Below are positions 50,620 to 60,445 of a stretch of 64,000 bases of DNA, one piece after another. Made by a program: the position numbers and the translations under genes. This stretch comes from Bdellovibrionales bacterium (lineage in GTDB: Bacteria; Bdellovibrionota; Bdellovibrionia; Bdellovibrionales; UBA1609), in assembly GCA_015163875.1 (NCBI GenBank), contig JAAOIH010000005.1, positions 2,607-66,606 on the forward strand, in the 5' to 3' direction. Position 1 is the stretch's first letter. Every line of letters begins with the position of its first letter. A model generated the notes under the pieces. It did not search any database. It saw only the letters and a program-made list of their open reading frames with translations, and was not told the DNA's origin.

Positions 50620-51063
50620 TTAATAAGAATCTAATACGCCAGGAAAATTTTTATCCGCCTGTTTAACAAATTGTTTTTTGTTAACTAACCACTTAGATTT
50701 AATTCTTTTGTCGTAGTTTAAATATAATTTTTTGTTGTAAATGCTCCACTGCAAAGGGCTTCCTTTTGCAGTTTTGTTTTTAGCAACAGCCCAAGCACAA
50801 TAACCACCATATTGAGGTGCATATTTTTTAGGATTTGCTTTAAATTTTTTTAAATTTTTTAAACTAGAAAAATGCCACACCACAGATTTATATTTTGTTT
50901 TATATTTTTTACTTCCCTTAACTGGTTTATTTTTAGAAAAATAAGCTACAGTGTCGTACCCCTCAACAGCTATGTTAGAAAAAAAACTAGTATAAATATC
51001 TGCTTTTTTTGCAAAAATATTAATAGTGAAAAAAAAGAAAATAGAAAAAAATAAATACTTCAT
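50620..51063 (-). CDS. Secreted YHS-domain protein
   Basis: AVEGYDTVAYF, F.S..N...F..NP.KYAPQYGGYCAWAV, KLYLNY; signal peptide. Confidence 0.88.
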   Translation of the reverse strand: MKYLFFSIFFFFTINIFAKKADIYTSFFSNIAVEGYDTVAYFSKNKPVKGSKKYKTKYKSVVWHFSSLKNLKKFKANPKKYAPQYGGYCAWAVAKNKTAKGSPLQWSIYNKKLYLNYDKRIKSKWLVNKKQFVKQADKNFPGVLDSY

Positions 51064-51137
51064 TTTATGCCCTTTGCTGTTGATTATTAAGCATTAGGAT
51101 AAAAGTATTTTGCTATCAATACAACAAAAAATTACAT

Positions 51138-52055
51138 CTATTCGCTTGTAGCTTGATGCTTTAGGGCCAAATAAAGTACTTTTAAAGCTTCTGTGTTTGG
51201 GTTATCAACAGAGTGATACATATATAATTTTGTAGAATAATCTAAAGATTTAACCAAAATATGATTTAATCTTCTTGCTCTTACTTGTTTTTTAATAGCA
51301 TGAGAAGGCAAAAATCCCCATCCCATATTTGATTCAATAACTTTTTTTAATGTTCCTGCGTTGTCAGATGTAAAAACAGGATTTAATTTTAACTGAGCTT
51401 CTTTTAATTTTTTACTTAATTGTATTTCAAATTGAGGGTAAAGGTCAGAAAATACAACCATTGGGTGTTTTGATAATTCTTCTAATTCTATAGAGGCTTT
51501 TTCAATAGACTCTTTTCCAGAGCAAACTAACCAAATGTCATCTTCTGTTAAAAATTGAGATTGAAATTGGCTTAATTCAAAACCAGCCTCTGCTCTTAAA
51601 TCTGGTAAAATGCCAACATCTACATCGTTGTTTCGCATAGAGTTTACAACTTGATTATAAGACCCGTACATTAAATTAATTTGTAACTTTGGGTTGTTTC
51701 GCAATAATATTCCTATAATTGGACTTACTAAATATAAACCAAGCGAATTAAGTGTAGCAATTCTAATTTTTCCAGAAATATTACCACTAACTGTTTGCAT
51801 GGCCGCCCTTGCTTGGTGGCTTAAATTTAAAATTTGTTTTGCATAATCAAATAATAGCTGAGCCTGAGCTGTTGGCTTAACCATTTTGCTTCCTCTTTCT
51901 AAAAGAATAACTCCGAGTTGTTTTTCTAAGCCTTTAATTTGCTGACTTACAGCTGGTTGAGTTAATGACAATTTGCTTCCAGCAGCTGTCATACTTCCTT
52001 CTGTTAAAACGGTGCAAAATGTTACTAAATGTTGCAAATTTAATGGAGTATTCAT
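51138..52055 (-). CDS. LysR-family transcriptional regulator
   Basis: HTH GSMTAAG..L.LTQPAVSQQIKGLEKQLG..LLER plus a substrate-binding domain. Confidence 0.95.
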   Translation of the reverse strand: MNTPLNLQHLVTFCTVLTEGSMTAAGSKLSLTQPAVSQQIKGLEKQLGVILLERGSKMVKPTAQAQLLFDYAKQILNLSHQARAAMQTVSGNISGKIRIATLNSLGLYLVSPIIGILLRNNPKLQINLMYGSYNQVVNSMRNNDVDVGILPDLRAEAGFELSQFQSQFLTEDDIWLVCSGKESIEKASIELEELSKHPMVVFSDLYPQFEIQLSKKLKEAQLKLNPVFTSDNAGTLKKVIESNMGWGFLPSHAIKKQVRARRLNHILVKSLDYSTKLYMYHSVDNPNTEALKVLYLALKHQATSE

Positions 52056-52066
52056 ATTAGATGACT

Positions 52067-52081
52067 ATAAGCTTTTTTTAT
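52067..52081. promoter_or_regulatory. Candidate LysR recognition box (T-N11-A)
   Basis: ATAA-GCTTTTT-TTAT just upstream of the LysR start. A second palindrome TTTTAC-TAT-GTAAAA lies at 52146-52160. The AT-rich background lowers confidence. Confidence 0.35.
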
Positions 52082-52219
52082 AAAAAAGTAAAACTTTCTT
52101 TATGGATACTAAGATATACTGCTTTTAATTGTATTTTTATGCATATTTTACTATGTAAAAAATATAAAAAAATACTTATCTTTGATCATTTTAAATTTTG
52201 TAGTTAAAAATTAACTTCA

Positions 52220-53749
52220 ATGAAAGTTTTAATTTTTATTCTTTTTTTTATCTCTTTAAGTATTAATTTTTTAATAGGCAACCTGCATGCAAAAACATTA
52301 AAAGATTATCCTAATTATTTGCAAAGCAAACTTAAATCTTTAGATTGTTATAATATAAAAAACAAATTTATTAATGTTCAAAATTTTTACTCTTATGACT
52401 ACGACGACGATGATGATGTCCAAAAAAATTCTTCGTATATTTTAGACAAAAGCCCTTTAGATAGAAATTTATTTCATAAAAATATTGTAAAAAAAGGGAA
52501 TTTTATAGATTACCAATTTTTTAAAGGCTATGATCAAAAAAATAGTTTAGAGACAAGTTATACTTGGGCGCTTTTTTATAATTTACAATTACCTAACAGC
52601 TCTATTACAAAAAATTTAAATCATTTTAAAATTTATCCAAAAGAATTAGGTGAGCATGAACTTTTTTTAATTCAAAAAACTAATAAAAATTCTTGCCTGC
52701 TTTCTTATGTTAGCTCTTTTTATGTTACAGATAACCCTAGCTACAAAACTATTACAGAAAAAAAATTTAAAAAATCTTTTTCTTGTTATCAAACATTTTT
52801 ACAAAATAAACAAAACAAACACTGCAAAAATCTTCCATCACTAGATGAGCTTTATCATTTAAAACAAATTGATGCTCCAAAAGCTTGGAATATTAGCACA
52901 GGCAGCGGTGTTAAAGTTGCACTTATTGATACTGGAATTAATTATTTACATCCATATCTAAAAGAACAAATTATTGTTCCAAATAATAATCAAAATTCTG
53001 ATAAATCTTTTGGCCCTTATGATTTTGAGTTTTCTGATCTTTTTGCTTTTGATGAAGTCGGACACGGTAGCCAAATGGCAGGTTTTATTTCTTCTCCTTT
53101 TGGAGTTGCACCAGAGTCTAAAACTCTTGTTTTAAAAATTAACCCAAGAAGCATACAAACTATTATTAATGCATTTAAAGCTAGTATTAAAAATAAAGTT
53201 CATATAATTAATTTTTCGTTAGTATTTTCTAAATATGAAGTAAAAATAAGCGACAAAGAAATGAGTGATTTAATATCAGTTTTAGACAAGCTTTTAGAAA
53301 ATGATATTTTAGTAATACAGGCTGCAGGAAATCATAATCAAAATTTAGACATACCAGAATATCAGAATTTTTATTCACAATTTAATTATCCTAATTGGGT
53401 AAAAGTTGCAGCCTATGATGAAAATTTTAAACTTTCTAGATACTCTAATTATTCAAACATCAATGTAGACATAATTGCACCTGGAGGTAGTTTAGAAAAA
53501 CCACTTTTGTCTACTTTTATAAGTAATCAGCAAGGAGTTTTGCTTGCAAGCAATAAAGGGACATCTCAAGCTGCTGCAATTACAAGTGGCATTGCAGCTT
53601 TAATTAGAAGTCAAAAACCTTATTTAAGTGCTGTTGAGGTAAAAGAAATTTTACTTAAATCAGGCAGACTTTCAAAAGATTTATCACTTACAGTTAAGTC
53701 TGGTCGTATTTTAAATGCACTAGATGCTTTGCAAATTGATTTGCAATAA
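52220..53749 (+). CDS. Secreted S8 (subtilase) serine peptidase
   Basis: Catalytic motifs VALIDTG, GHGSQMAG, AAGN, GTSQAA; signal peptide ending LHA. Confidence 0.92.
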   Translation: MKVLIFILFFISLSINFLIGNLHAKTLKDYPNYLQSKLKSLDCYNIKNKFINVQNFYSYDYDDDDDVQKNSSYILDKSPLDRNLFHKNIVKKGNFIDYQFFKGYDQKNSLETSYTWALFYNLQLPNSSITKNLNHFKIYPKELGEHELFLIQKTNKNSCLLSYVSSFYVTDNPSYKTITEKKFKKSFSCYQTFLQNKQNKHCKNLPSLDELYHLKQIDAPKAWNISTGSGVKVALIDTGINYLHPYLKEQIIVPNNNQNSDKSFGPYDFEFSDLFAFDEVGHGSQMAGFISSPFGVAPESKTLVLKINPRSIQTIINAFKASIKNKVHIINFSLVFSKYEVKISDKEMSDLISVLDKLLENDILVIQAAGNHNQNLDIPEYQNFYSQFNYPNWVKVAAYDENFKLSRYSNYSNINVDIIAPGGSLEKPLLSTFISNQQGVLLASNKGTSQAAAITSGIAALIRSQKPYLSAVEVKEILLKSGRLSKDLSLTVKSGRILNALDALQIDLQ

Positions 53750-53765
53750 TTGACTATAAGCTTGA

Positions 53766-54464
53766 TTAAAATTTGCGCTTTGTATACCAAATTAAAATAC
53801 CAGATAATAATAAAAATAATAAACCTAATATTTTACCTTTAGAACTTTTCTTTTTTTGTATCACTGGCTCATCTGGAATATTAATATTTTGAGATAATAT
53901 TCCTGCAACAGGAGCTCCCAAACTTTCGTTTCTTCCTCTAAGTTCGCTTGGTCTAAAATTTTTACTTTTTTGATTAATTAATCTTAAACTTTGTATAGAT
54001 TTAATAAACTCATTACTATACTTAGTGTAAAAGTTTTTATGCGAGCTAAAAGTAACTAAAACAGCAATTCTTCCATGAGTGGTTGCCAAATATCTAGTCC
54101 AAAAATTTAAAGACTCACTTCCTTGATGCAAAGAATCTATCCATAAATGATGATTAATTTTACGCTGAGAAGCATTTAAAATTTTTGATATTTTAGTTTT
54201 TGATTTCATTTTTAAAGTTACGGGTTTTTTTAAATGTGCCTCATATAAACTAAGTGAATCTGCAGGGCCTCTTTCTTTTGCTGTTAAAATAATAATTGCT
54301 GTATTAGATCCTTTGCTTTTAGAGGAGTTAACACAAACCCATGATGTGTTTTCTAGCTTGCAACTCCAGTCTTTTTTTAACTCAAAGCTTACATAAGAAT
54401 TACGAAAAATTTTTGCCTCTACATTAAAAGAAAACAATAAAAAAATAATTAATATTTTATACAC
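53766..54464 (-). CDS. Exported hypothetical protein with C-terminal membrane anchor
   Basis: Signal peptide ending VEA, W.C....W.C motif, C-terminal hydrophobic helix followed by a basic tail. Confidence 0.8.
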   Translation of the reverse strand: MYKILIIFLLFSFNVEAKIFRNSYVSFELKKDWSCKLENTSWVCVNSSKSKGSNTAIIILTAKERGPADSLSLYEAHLKKPVTLKMKSKTKISKILNASQRKINHHLWIDSLHQGSESLNFWTRYLATTHGRIAVLVTFSSHKNFYTKYSNEFIKSIQSLRLINQKSKNFRPSELRGRNESLGAPVAGILSQNINIPDEPVIQKKKSSKGKILGLLFLLLSGILIWYTKRKF

Positions 54465-54478
54465 AAAAAATTCCTTTG

Positions 54479-55987
54479 TTAATAGTTAATATCTTTATAA
54501 TCTTTTATATCTAAATCTTTATGAGATATAAATTCTTTAGAAAAATTATTTAGCTGCTCTATAATAGTAAAGCTTCCTTTGTTTTTAGGGTTAGACTCAC
54601 CGCCTTTAGAGTCTTTATTGGCTAAAACAAAAATTTTCATATCCTTTGGGTTAAAATATTTTTTTATAACCATATTTACTGTATTTAAATCTATTTTTTT
54701 AATTTTACTAGAAAAAGTTTCAAAATAATTTACTGGGTCTATGTTCATTCCAGATAAACTTAAAAAAGAATCCATTAAAGTTTCTTTTTTTTCTAAACCT
54801 CTAAACAAACTATTGCTATAATATAACTTTGAAAAATCTAATTCTGCCTTGCTTACTCCGTTATTATAAAAATTAGTTAATTCTTGAAATGTTGCTTTTA
54901 ATAATTTTTCTAAACTTCCTTGATTAGTGCTAGAAACTATTTGAAAGGCTCCGGAGTTTTTTAAAAAACCAAAGCCAGAGTATATTGCATAAGTAAGTCC
55001 GTCTTTTTTTCTTACTCTGTCCATTAATCTAGAGTTAAAGCCACCTCCGCCTAAGCTAAAATTAGCTAGTTTTACAGCTAAATTATCTGGATGCCCTGAT
55101 GACAAGTTAACTGGATTTCCAATTATCACATTTGCCTGAATAGAATCTGTTTTGTTAATTAAAGTAATTGAAGAGTTAAATGTATTTTTGCTTTTTATAA
55201 TAGTCGAAGCTACGCTATCTTTTGTTTTCCAGTTAGAAAATTTTTGTATAATATCTTTTTTTAACTTATCTGTGTACTGACCTAAAACTAATAAACTGGC
55301 AGATTCTGGTTGATAATGTTTATTGTAAAATTTAATTAAATTATCTCTTTTTAAAGCATTAACAGATTGTCTAGATTCTCCCTTATAAACAGTTTTGTTA
55401 TATATAAAATCATCAAAAATATTTTTTAAAAATTTATTTGGGCTATTTGGCAATCTTTCTAATTCTGTTAAAATAATTTGTTTTTCTTTTTGCCATTCTT
55501 TGTCTAAAAAAACTGGCTCTGTTAATAATTTAAAAAATAAATTCATTAAATCTGTTTCATTTTTTGCAAGAGATGATGCCTCTATCCAAGAAAACTCTTG
55601 TCCTGCGCTTGCAGAAAAAGATGCCCCTATTTTATCTAAAATACTTAAAATTTCTTCTCTATTTAAAGTAGAGGTTCCTTTGTCTAATAAGCTTGCAACT
55701 GATTCAGCGGCTCCTTCTAAATCTTCAAACCTTTGTCCTGCGTTTAATCTTAATTTAAAATGAATATATGGCAAATTATCTGGCATAAAAATAATTTGTA
55801 ATTTATTATCTAAAGTTATGACTTTGTGATCTGGTAATTTATAAAATATTTCAGTAGATTTAAGCTTAATATCATTAATAATTTTTTCTAACAACATATT
55901 AGAGCCTTTGGTGTTTGTTGTATTTTTTTTAGCAAAGCAAGATACAAGGCATAAAATAAAACTTAGTATCAATATTTTTTTTATCAT
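54479..55987 (-). CDS. M16B peptidase, non-catalytic subunit (putative lipoprotein)
   Basis: M16 fold (LDKGT, LGGGGFNSRL..RVR...GLTY), no HxxEH, lipobox LVS-C17. Confidence 0.88.
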   Translation of the reverse strand: MIKKILILSFILCLVSCFAKKNTTNTKGSNMLLEKIINDIKLKSTEIFYKLPDHKVITLDNKLQIIFMPDNLPYIHFKLRLNAGQRFEDLEGAAESVASLLDKGTSTLNREEILSILDKIGASFSASAGQEFSWIEASSLAKNETDLMNLFFKLLTEPVFLDKEWQKEKQIILTELERLPNSPNKFLKNIFDDFIYNKTVYKGESRQSVNALKRDNLIKFYNKHYQPESASLLVLGQYTDKLKKDIIQKFSNWKTKDSVASTIIKSKNTFNSSITLINKTDSIQANVIIGNPVNLSSGHPDNLAVKLANFSLGGGGFNSRLMDRVRKKDGLTYAIYSGFGFLKNSGAFQIVSSTNQGSLEKLLKATFQELTNFYNNGVSKAELDFSKLYYSNSLFRGLEKKETLMDSFLSLSGMNIDPVNYFETFSSKIKKIDLNTVNMVIKKYFNPKDMKIFVLANKDSKGGESNPKNKGSFTIIEQLNNFSKEFISHKDLDIKDYKDINY

Positions 55988-56061
55988 AGTTTAACCTTCT
56001 GCACTTATATATTAATTTTTAAATCAAATTTATCTTTATCGCTGTTGTTATGTTTTAGTAA

Positions 56062-57558
56062 TTACTTAGCTATTGCCTTAACTAAAATTCTACTTTCTAA
56101 TCGTAAATATTTTTTTGCTACTCTTTGAACATCTGATGCTGTAACTAAATTATATTTTTCTAATTTAGTAAAAAAATTATTATAATCACCCTCAAGCACC
56201 TCAGCTGAAATTAAATTCATTGTTTTTTTATAAACTGTTTTTATTTCATCAACTTCTAAAAACTGTAATTGATTTATAGCAATTTGTAACTCTTCTTTAG
56301 AAACTCCATTTTTTTGTAAATTTTTAATTTCTTGTTGAATAATATCTAAAACTTCTTTAACAGAAGATTTAGGTAAAATATTAGCTCCAAAATATATAGC
56401 CCCAACTCTGTTTAAAGGGTAATTTCCTGCATAAATATCACTTACTAAGTTTTTTTGAACATATATAATTTTATCTAGCCTTGAAGATGTACTTCCTGAT
56501 AAAATGTGCATTAAAATATCTATTGCATATTTATCTTTATGAGTAATAAAAACTCCTGGATAGGCAAAAATAAATTGCGATTGTAAAACTTTTTTAAATT
56601 TATATTTATTATTTTTTAATTGTTTTTCTTTTTGAATATCTTTAAAATCAATATCTTTAGCTTTTACAAAATCAGGCTTTGTAAACTTAAGCCTATTTAT
56701 TTTACTTGATTCTATGCTGTCATAATATTTATAAATCCATTTTTTAGCCTGACTAGGGTCAAAATCTCCTCCAATTGCAATGACAGTATTATTTGGACTG
56801 TAATATTTTTTATAAAAATCATGAAAGTCTTGTAAAGTAGATTTGTTTAAGTCTTCCATGCTTCCGATTATAGAATGTGAATAGCCAGAGCCTTTATATA
56901 AATTTTGCAACAAAGACTTAAACATTAAGCTTGAAACGCTGCTTTCTCCTCTAATTTTTTCGTCAGTAACAGCTCCTCTTTCGCTATTAATTAAGGCTTC
57001 AGCCTCTGATTTTTTAGATGGGTCAAATAATATTAATTTTTTCATTCTTTCAGACTCTGACTTAATTGCCCACTCTAATTGAACATTAGATAAATTCATA
57101 TGATAAACTGTTGAGTCATAATTTGTAAAAGCATTGTTGCTTCCACCTAAAACAGAGGTTGTAATTTCAAATTCTTCTGAGCTAATATTTTCTGTTCCTT
57201 TAAATAAAAGATGTTCAAAAAAATGTGCGTAGCCTGTTTGTCCGCTTGGCTCATCACTTGATCCAGTTTTTACCCATTGAACATAAGTTAACAAAGTTGG
57301 GGTTGAGTGATCTTCGCATAGTAACACTGTTAATCCATTATTTAATACAAATTTTTCTACTTTTAAATTCAATACAGCTCCTAAAGAAGATAAGTTTCTA
57401 TTTTTATTGTTTGTGTTTAAGTGTTGGTTTTTAGTATAAGTTTTTTTTGTTGTAGTCTTATAGTATAAGTTAGCAAAATAACTTACACTAACTAAAGCTG
57501 CAAATAAAATAAAAATTTTTTTTTTATTGTATGTGTTTTTTTTAAAACAGCTTTTCAT
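56062..57558 (-). CDS. M16B zinc peptidase, catalytic subunit
   Basis: GYAHFFEHLLFKGT, NAFT, YYSPNN; N-terminal TM anchor. Confidence 0.93.
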   Translation of the reverse strand: MKSCFKKNTYNKKKIFILFAALVSVSYFANLYYKTTTKKTYTKNQHLNTNNKNRNLSSLGAVLNLKVEKFVLNNGLTVLLCEDHSTPTLLTYVQWVKTGSSDEPSGQTGYAHFFEHLLFKGTENISSEEFEITTSVLGGSNNAFTNYDSTVYHMNLSNVQLEWAIKSESERMKKLILFDPSKKSEAEALINSERGAVTDEKIRGESSVSSLMFKSLLQNLYKGSGYSHSIIGSMEDLNKSTLQDFHDFYKKYYSPNNTVIAIGGDFDPSQAKKWIYKYYDSIESSKINRLKFTKPDFVKAKDIDFKDIQKEKQLKNNKYKFKKVLQSQFIFAYPGVFITHKDKYAIDILMHILSGSTSSRLDKIIYVQKNLVSDIYAGNYPLNRVGAIYFGANILPKSSVKEVLDIIQQEIKNLQKNGVSKEELQIAINQLQFLEVDEIKTVYKKTMNLISAEVLEGDYNNFFTKLEKYNLVTASDVQRVAKKYLRLESRILVKAIAK

Positions 57559-57749
57559 AAAAATCCTTTTTTGATTTTTTTAATTTACAGCCACAGGCTA
57601 ACAAAAATTACACACCTTGCATAGATATAAATATTTAAAAATAATACAAATGCTAGACTATAGGCTATTGCAAAAAAAAGAACCTTATATTTTTTTAAAA
57701 ACTCTATAAACTCTATAAAGTAATAGAAACTATTCATCTGGAGAAAACT

Positions 57750-58397
57750 ATGGATTTTACAAATGCTTTTTTTAATATAGCAAAATGGGGACATGAAATT
57801 ACTTTGTATCTTTTAATTTTATTAAGCATTGCAAGCATAGCTTTTATTTTAGAGCGTTGGTTTTTTTTAAAAAATATTCTTTTAAAAAGCAAAGTTGCAA
57901 AAAGTAATATAAACAGCATAATACAAACCGGTGAATTAAAAAGTTTAGAAAATTTAGCTTACGACAAAAGCTCTTTAGAGGGAGAAATTACCTCCTACAC
58001 TCTTTCATATATTAAAAAAAATAGCAAAAAAGGTATAAGCGAATTATTTTCGGCCTTTATACAAGATAAAAAACAATTATTAGACAAGCGCTTAAGTTTT
58101 TTAGCAAGCGTAGGGTCAAACGCTCCGTTTATTGGTTTATTAGGAACTGTTTTTGGAATCATGGACGCGTTTAAAGAATTGGCAAAATCTCAAGGTGATG
58201 CAAGTGGAGTTATGCTTGGAATATCTAAAGCTCTTTTGGCAACTGCTGTTGGGTTAATTGTAGCAATACCTGCAGTAATAGCTTTTAACTTTTTTAAAGC
58301 AAGGGTTGGTGAAATTTGTAGCAATTTACATAATCTTCAAGATTTATTTGTTGCCTATGGTCACAACTATGAAAGCTTACAAGACAAACAATCTTAA
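57750..58397 (+). CDS. exbB: MotA/TolQ/ExbB proton channel family protein
   Basis: APFIGLLGTVFGIM.AF, GIS.AL.ATAVGLIVAIPA..AFN. Confidence 0.9.
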   Translation: MDFTNAFFNIAKWGHEITLYLLILLSIASIAFILERWFFLKNILLKSKVAKSNINSIIQTGELKSLENLAYDKSSLEGEITSYTLSYIKKNSKKGISELFSAFIQDKKQLLDKRLSFLASVGSNAPFIGLLGTVFGIMDAFKELAKSQGDASGVMLGISKALLATAVGLIVAIPAVIAFNFFKARVGEICSNLHNLQDLFVAYGHNYESLQDKQS

Positions 58398-58419
58398 ATA
58401 AAAAACTAAGGACTAAATA

Positions 58420-58824
58420 ATGGGAGCCTCTATAAACAATAGCGATGATCAAATTGCAGAGATTAATATTGTCCCTTTTGTAGATATTATTTTAGTTGTT
58501 TTAATTATATTTATGGTAACTGCACCCATGATTATAACCCCTAGCATTAAAGTAAATTTACCTAAAGCTAGCTCTGGAACAAAAACTGCAGCTTCGCCAT
58601 TAAATATTAGTATAAGCAGAACTGGCAAAGTTAGGATTAATGGCAGAGTAATTAGCACACGACATATTGTTTCTAAAATAAAAAAAATGTTAAAAAAAAA
58701 TAAAAAACTACAAGCTATTATTTCTGCTGACAAAAGAGTAGCTCATGGTAAAGTTATTTCTGTTATAGACAAAGTAAAATCAGCTGGTGTTTTTAAATTT
58801 GCTATTTCTATAGATAAAAAATAA
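58420..58824 (+). CDS. exbD: ExbD/TolR family protein
   Basis: EINIVPFVDIILVVLIIFMVTAP, VNLPKA, ISADK...HG.VI.VID. Confidence 0.9.
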   Translation: MGASINNSDDQIAEINIVPFVDIILVVLIIFMVTAPMIITPSIKVNLPKASSGTKTAASPLNISISRTGKVRINGRVISTRHIVSKIKKMLKKNKKLQAIISADKRVAHGKVISVIDKVKSAGVFKFAISIDKK

Positions 58825-58839
58825 ATAAAGGACTATGTA

Positions 58840-59277
58840 ATGAAAAATATTTTAACTTTTTTACCTATTAAAAATACTATTTTAAAAAATAATAAAGCAA
58901 TGACTCTTTTAGAGATTATGATTGTTTTAGCCATTGTTGCTTTAATGGCTTCTGTAATAGGGCCAAAATTGATAGGTCAGTTAAATAGCTCTAAAGTAAA
59001 AGAGGTAAAAATTCAAATATCAGAATTAAGTAAAACTTTAGATATTTTTTATACAGATTGTGGTTTTTACCCAGAAAATCTAGAAGATTTAATTAAAAAA
59101 CCAAGCAAATGTAAAAATTGGGGGCCTGATGCTTATATTAAAAAAATTCCAAAAGATGCGTGGGGCGAAGAATTTATTTACGAGCTAGAAGACAATAAAC
59201 CAATTATTATCTCTTACGGAGAAGACAGAAGAGAGGGTGGAACAAAAAACGCCACTGACTTATCTTCGGAAGACTAA
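58840..59277 (+). CDS. gspG: Major pseudopilin GspG
   Basis: KA-MTLLEIMIVL, D.FY.DCG.YP, PKDAWG..F.Y, SYGED..EGG...D. Confidence 0.93.
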   Translation: MKNILTFLPIKNTILKNNKAMTLLEIMIVLAIVALMASVIGPKLIGQLNSSKVKEVKIQISELSKTLDIFYTDCGFYPENLEDLIKKPSKCKNWGPDAYIKKIPKDAWGEEFIYELEDNKPIIISYGEDRREGGTKNATDLSSED

Positions 59278-59304
59278 AATAATTTTTATAAAAATAAAAA
59301 ATTT

Positions 59305-59925
59305 GTGAGATTAAAAAAAAAATATTGTTTTTTTTCACTTAATAACAATAAAGCATTTAGCCTTTTAGAGGTAATGATAGTGCTTGCTATTTTGGCATCA
59401 ATTGCAAGCCTTGCTATACCTCAATTATCTAGTCAAAATTATTCTAGAAAAAGTTTTTTTAGAAAACTTATTGCATTAGACAAACAGTTAAGAAGTTTGG
59501 CACAATTACAAAATCGTACATATAGAATTAATTTTAAAATAAAATCATCAGAAAAAAAAACACCTAGTCTTTTTTGGATAGATTATAAAAGCGGAAGAGA
59601 AACAATAATTATTGCAAAAAATAATCTTTTTAAAAACAAAGCTCCTGTTAACAATGGATGGGAAATGGCAAGCAAAATATTTAAAACAAAACAACAGCTA
59701 CCTCACCTGCTAGAAATTGTAAGTGTAGAGCTAGAAGGTTATAAAAAAGCATTGAGCTCTGGTTTAATTTCTATTTATTTTTTTCCAGAAGGAGTTACTC
59801 AAAAATCTGTAATACATTTTTCAGAAAACAAAAAGCATGAATGGTCATTTATAACACGAACTTTTATCAGTAAAGACAACTTACTGTTTAAAAATATTTC
59901 ATTTAAAGAAGCTTTTCAACAATAA
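59305..59925 (+). CDS. gspH: Minor pseudopilin GspH-like
   Basis: KA-FSLLEVMIVL, FFPEG; position after gspG. Confidence 0.75.
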   Translation: MRLKKKYCFFSLNNNKAFSLLEVMIVLAILASIASLAIPQLSSQNYSRKSFFRKLIALDKQLRSLAQLQNRTYRINFKIKSSEKKTPSLFWIDYKSGRETIIIAKNNLFKNKAPVNNGWEMASKIFKTKQQLPHLLEIVSVELEGYKKALSSGLISIYFFPEGVTQKSVIHFSENKKHEWSFITRTFISKDNLLFKNISFKEAFQQ

Positions 59926-59947
59926 AAAAACGGTTTAATATTAAATA

Positions 59948-60445
59948 ATGTATACAACTTCTAAAAACAAAGGTCTGACACTAATTGAAGTTTTAATTTC
60001 TGTAGCAATTTTAGTTGGTGGTGCTGTGGTTATTAGTAGCTCGTGGTCTGGTACTTTATTAAAAATTAGAAAGGCTAAAATTTATAACGAAGTTCATTAT
60101 TTACTACAAAAAAAAATGGCCGAAGTAGAAATTAAATACAAAAACACTCCTGTTAACGAAATACCAGATGAAAGTAATGGAACTTTTAAAAGTCCTTATA
60201 AAAAATATATATGGCAAATAAAATCACAAAATATGCCACTTCCTAATTTAAAATCTTTAATTGAAAGTCAAAACACAGACGAGCAGTCTCAAAATATTTT
60301 ATTAACTGCAATGTCTGGCTTAGCTAAAGCTGTTAAAGAAGTACAGGTGACAGTAATTCTTACTAATAAAAAAAATCCTATATCTTATAATTTAGCCACA
60401 TACTTTGTTGATTATAAAATAGCATCTAAAATAGGTGGCTTTTAA
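59948..60445 (+). CDS. gspI: Minor pseudopilin GspI-like
   Basis: KG-LTLIEVLISVAIL, V.EVQVTV; gene order. Confidence 0.75.
   Translation: MYTTSKNKGLTLIEVLISVAILVGGAVVISSSWSGTLLKIRKAKIYNEVHYLLQKKMAEVEIKYKNTPVNEIPDESNGTFKSPYKKYIWQIKSQNMPLPNLKSLIESQNTDEQSQNILLTAMSGLAKAVKEVQVTVILTNKKNPISYNLATYFVDYKIASKIGGF

Noticed and set aside
2702-58733. Numerous short ORFs overlapping larger genes (e.g. 23403-23996, 25786-26298, 43384-43824, 55395-55763, 57585-57794)
   Set aside because: They are antisense or out-of-frame shadows of well-supported genes with no recognisable motifs.
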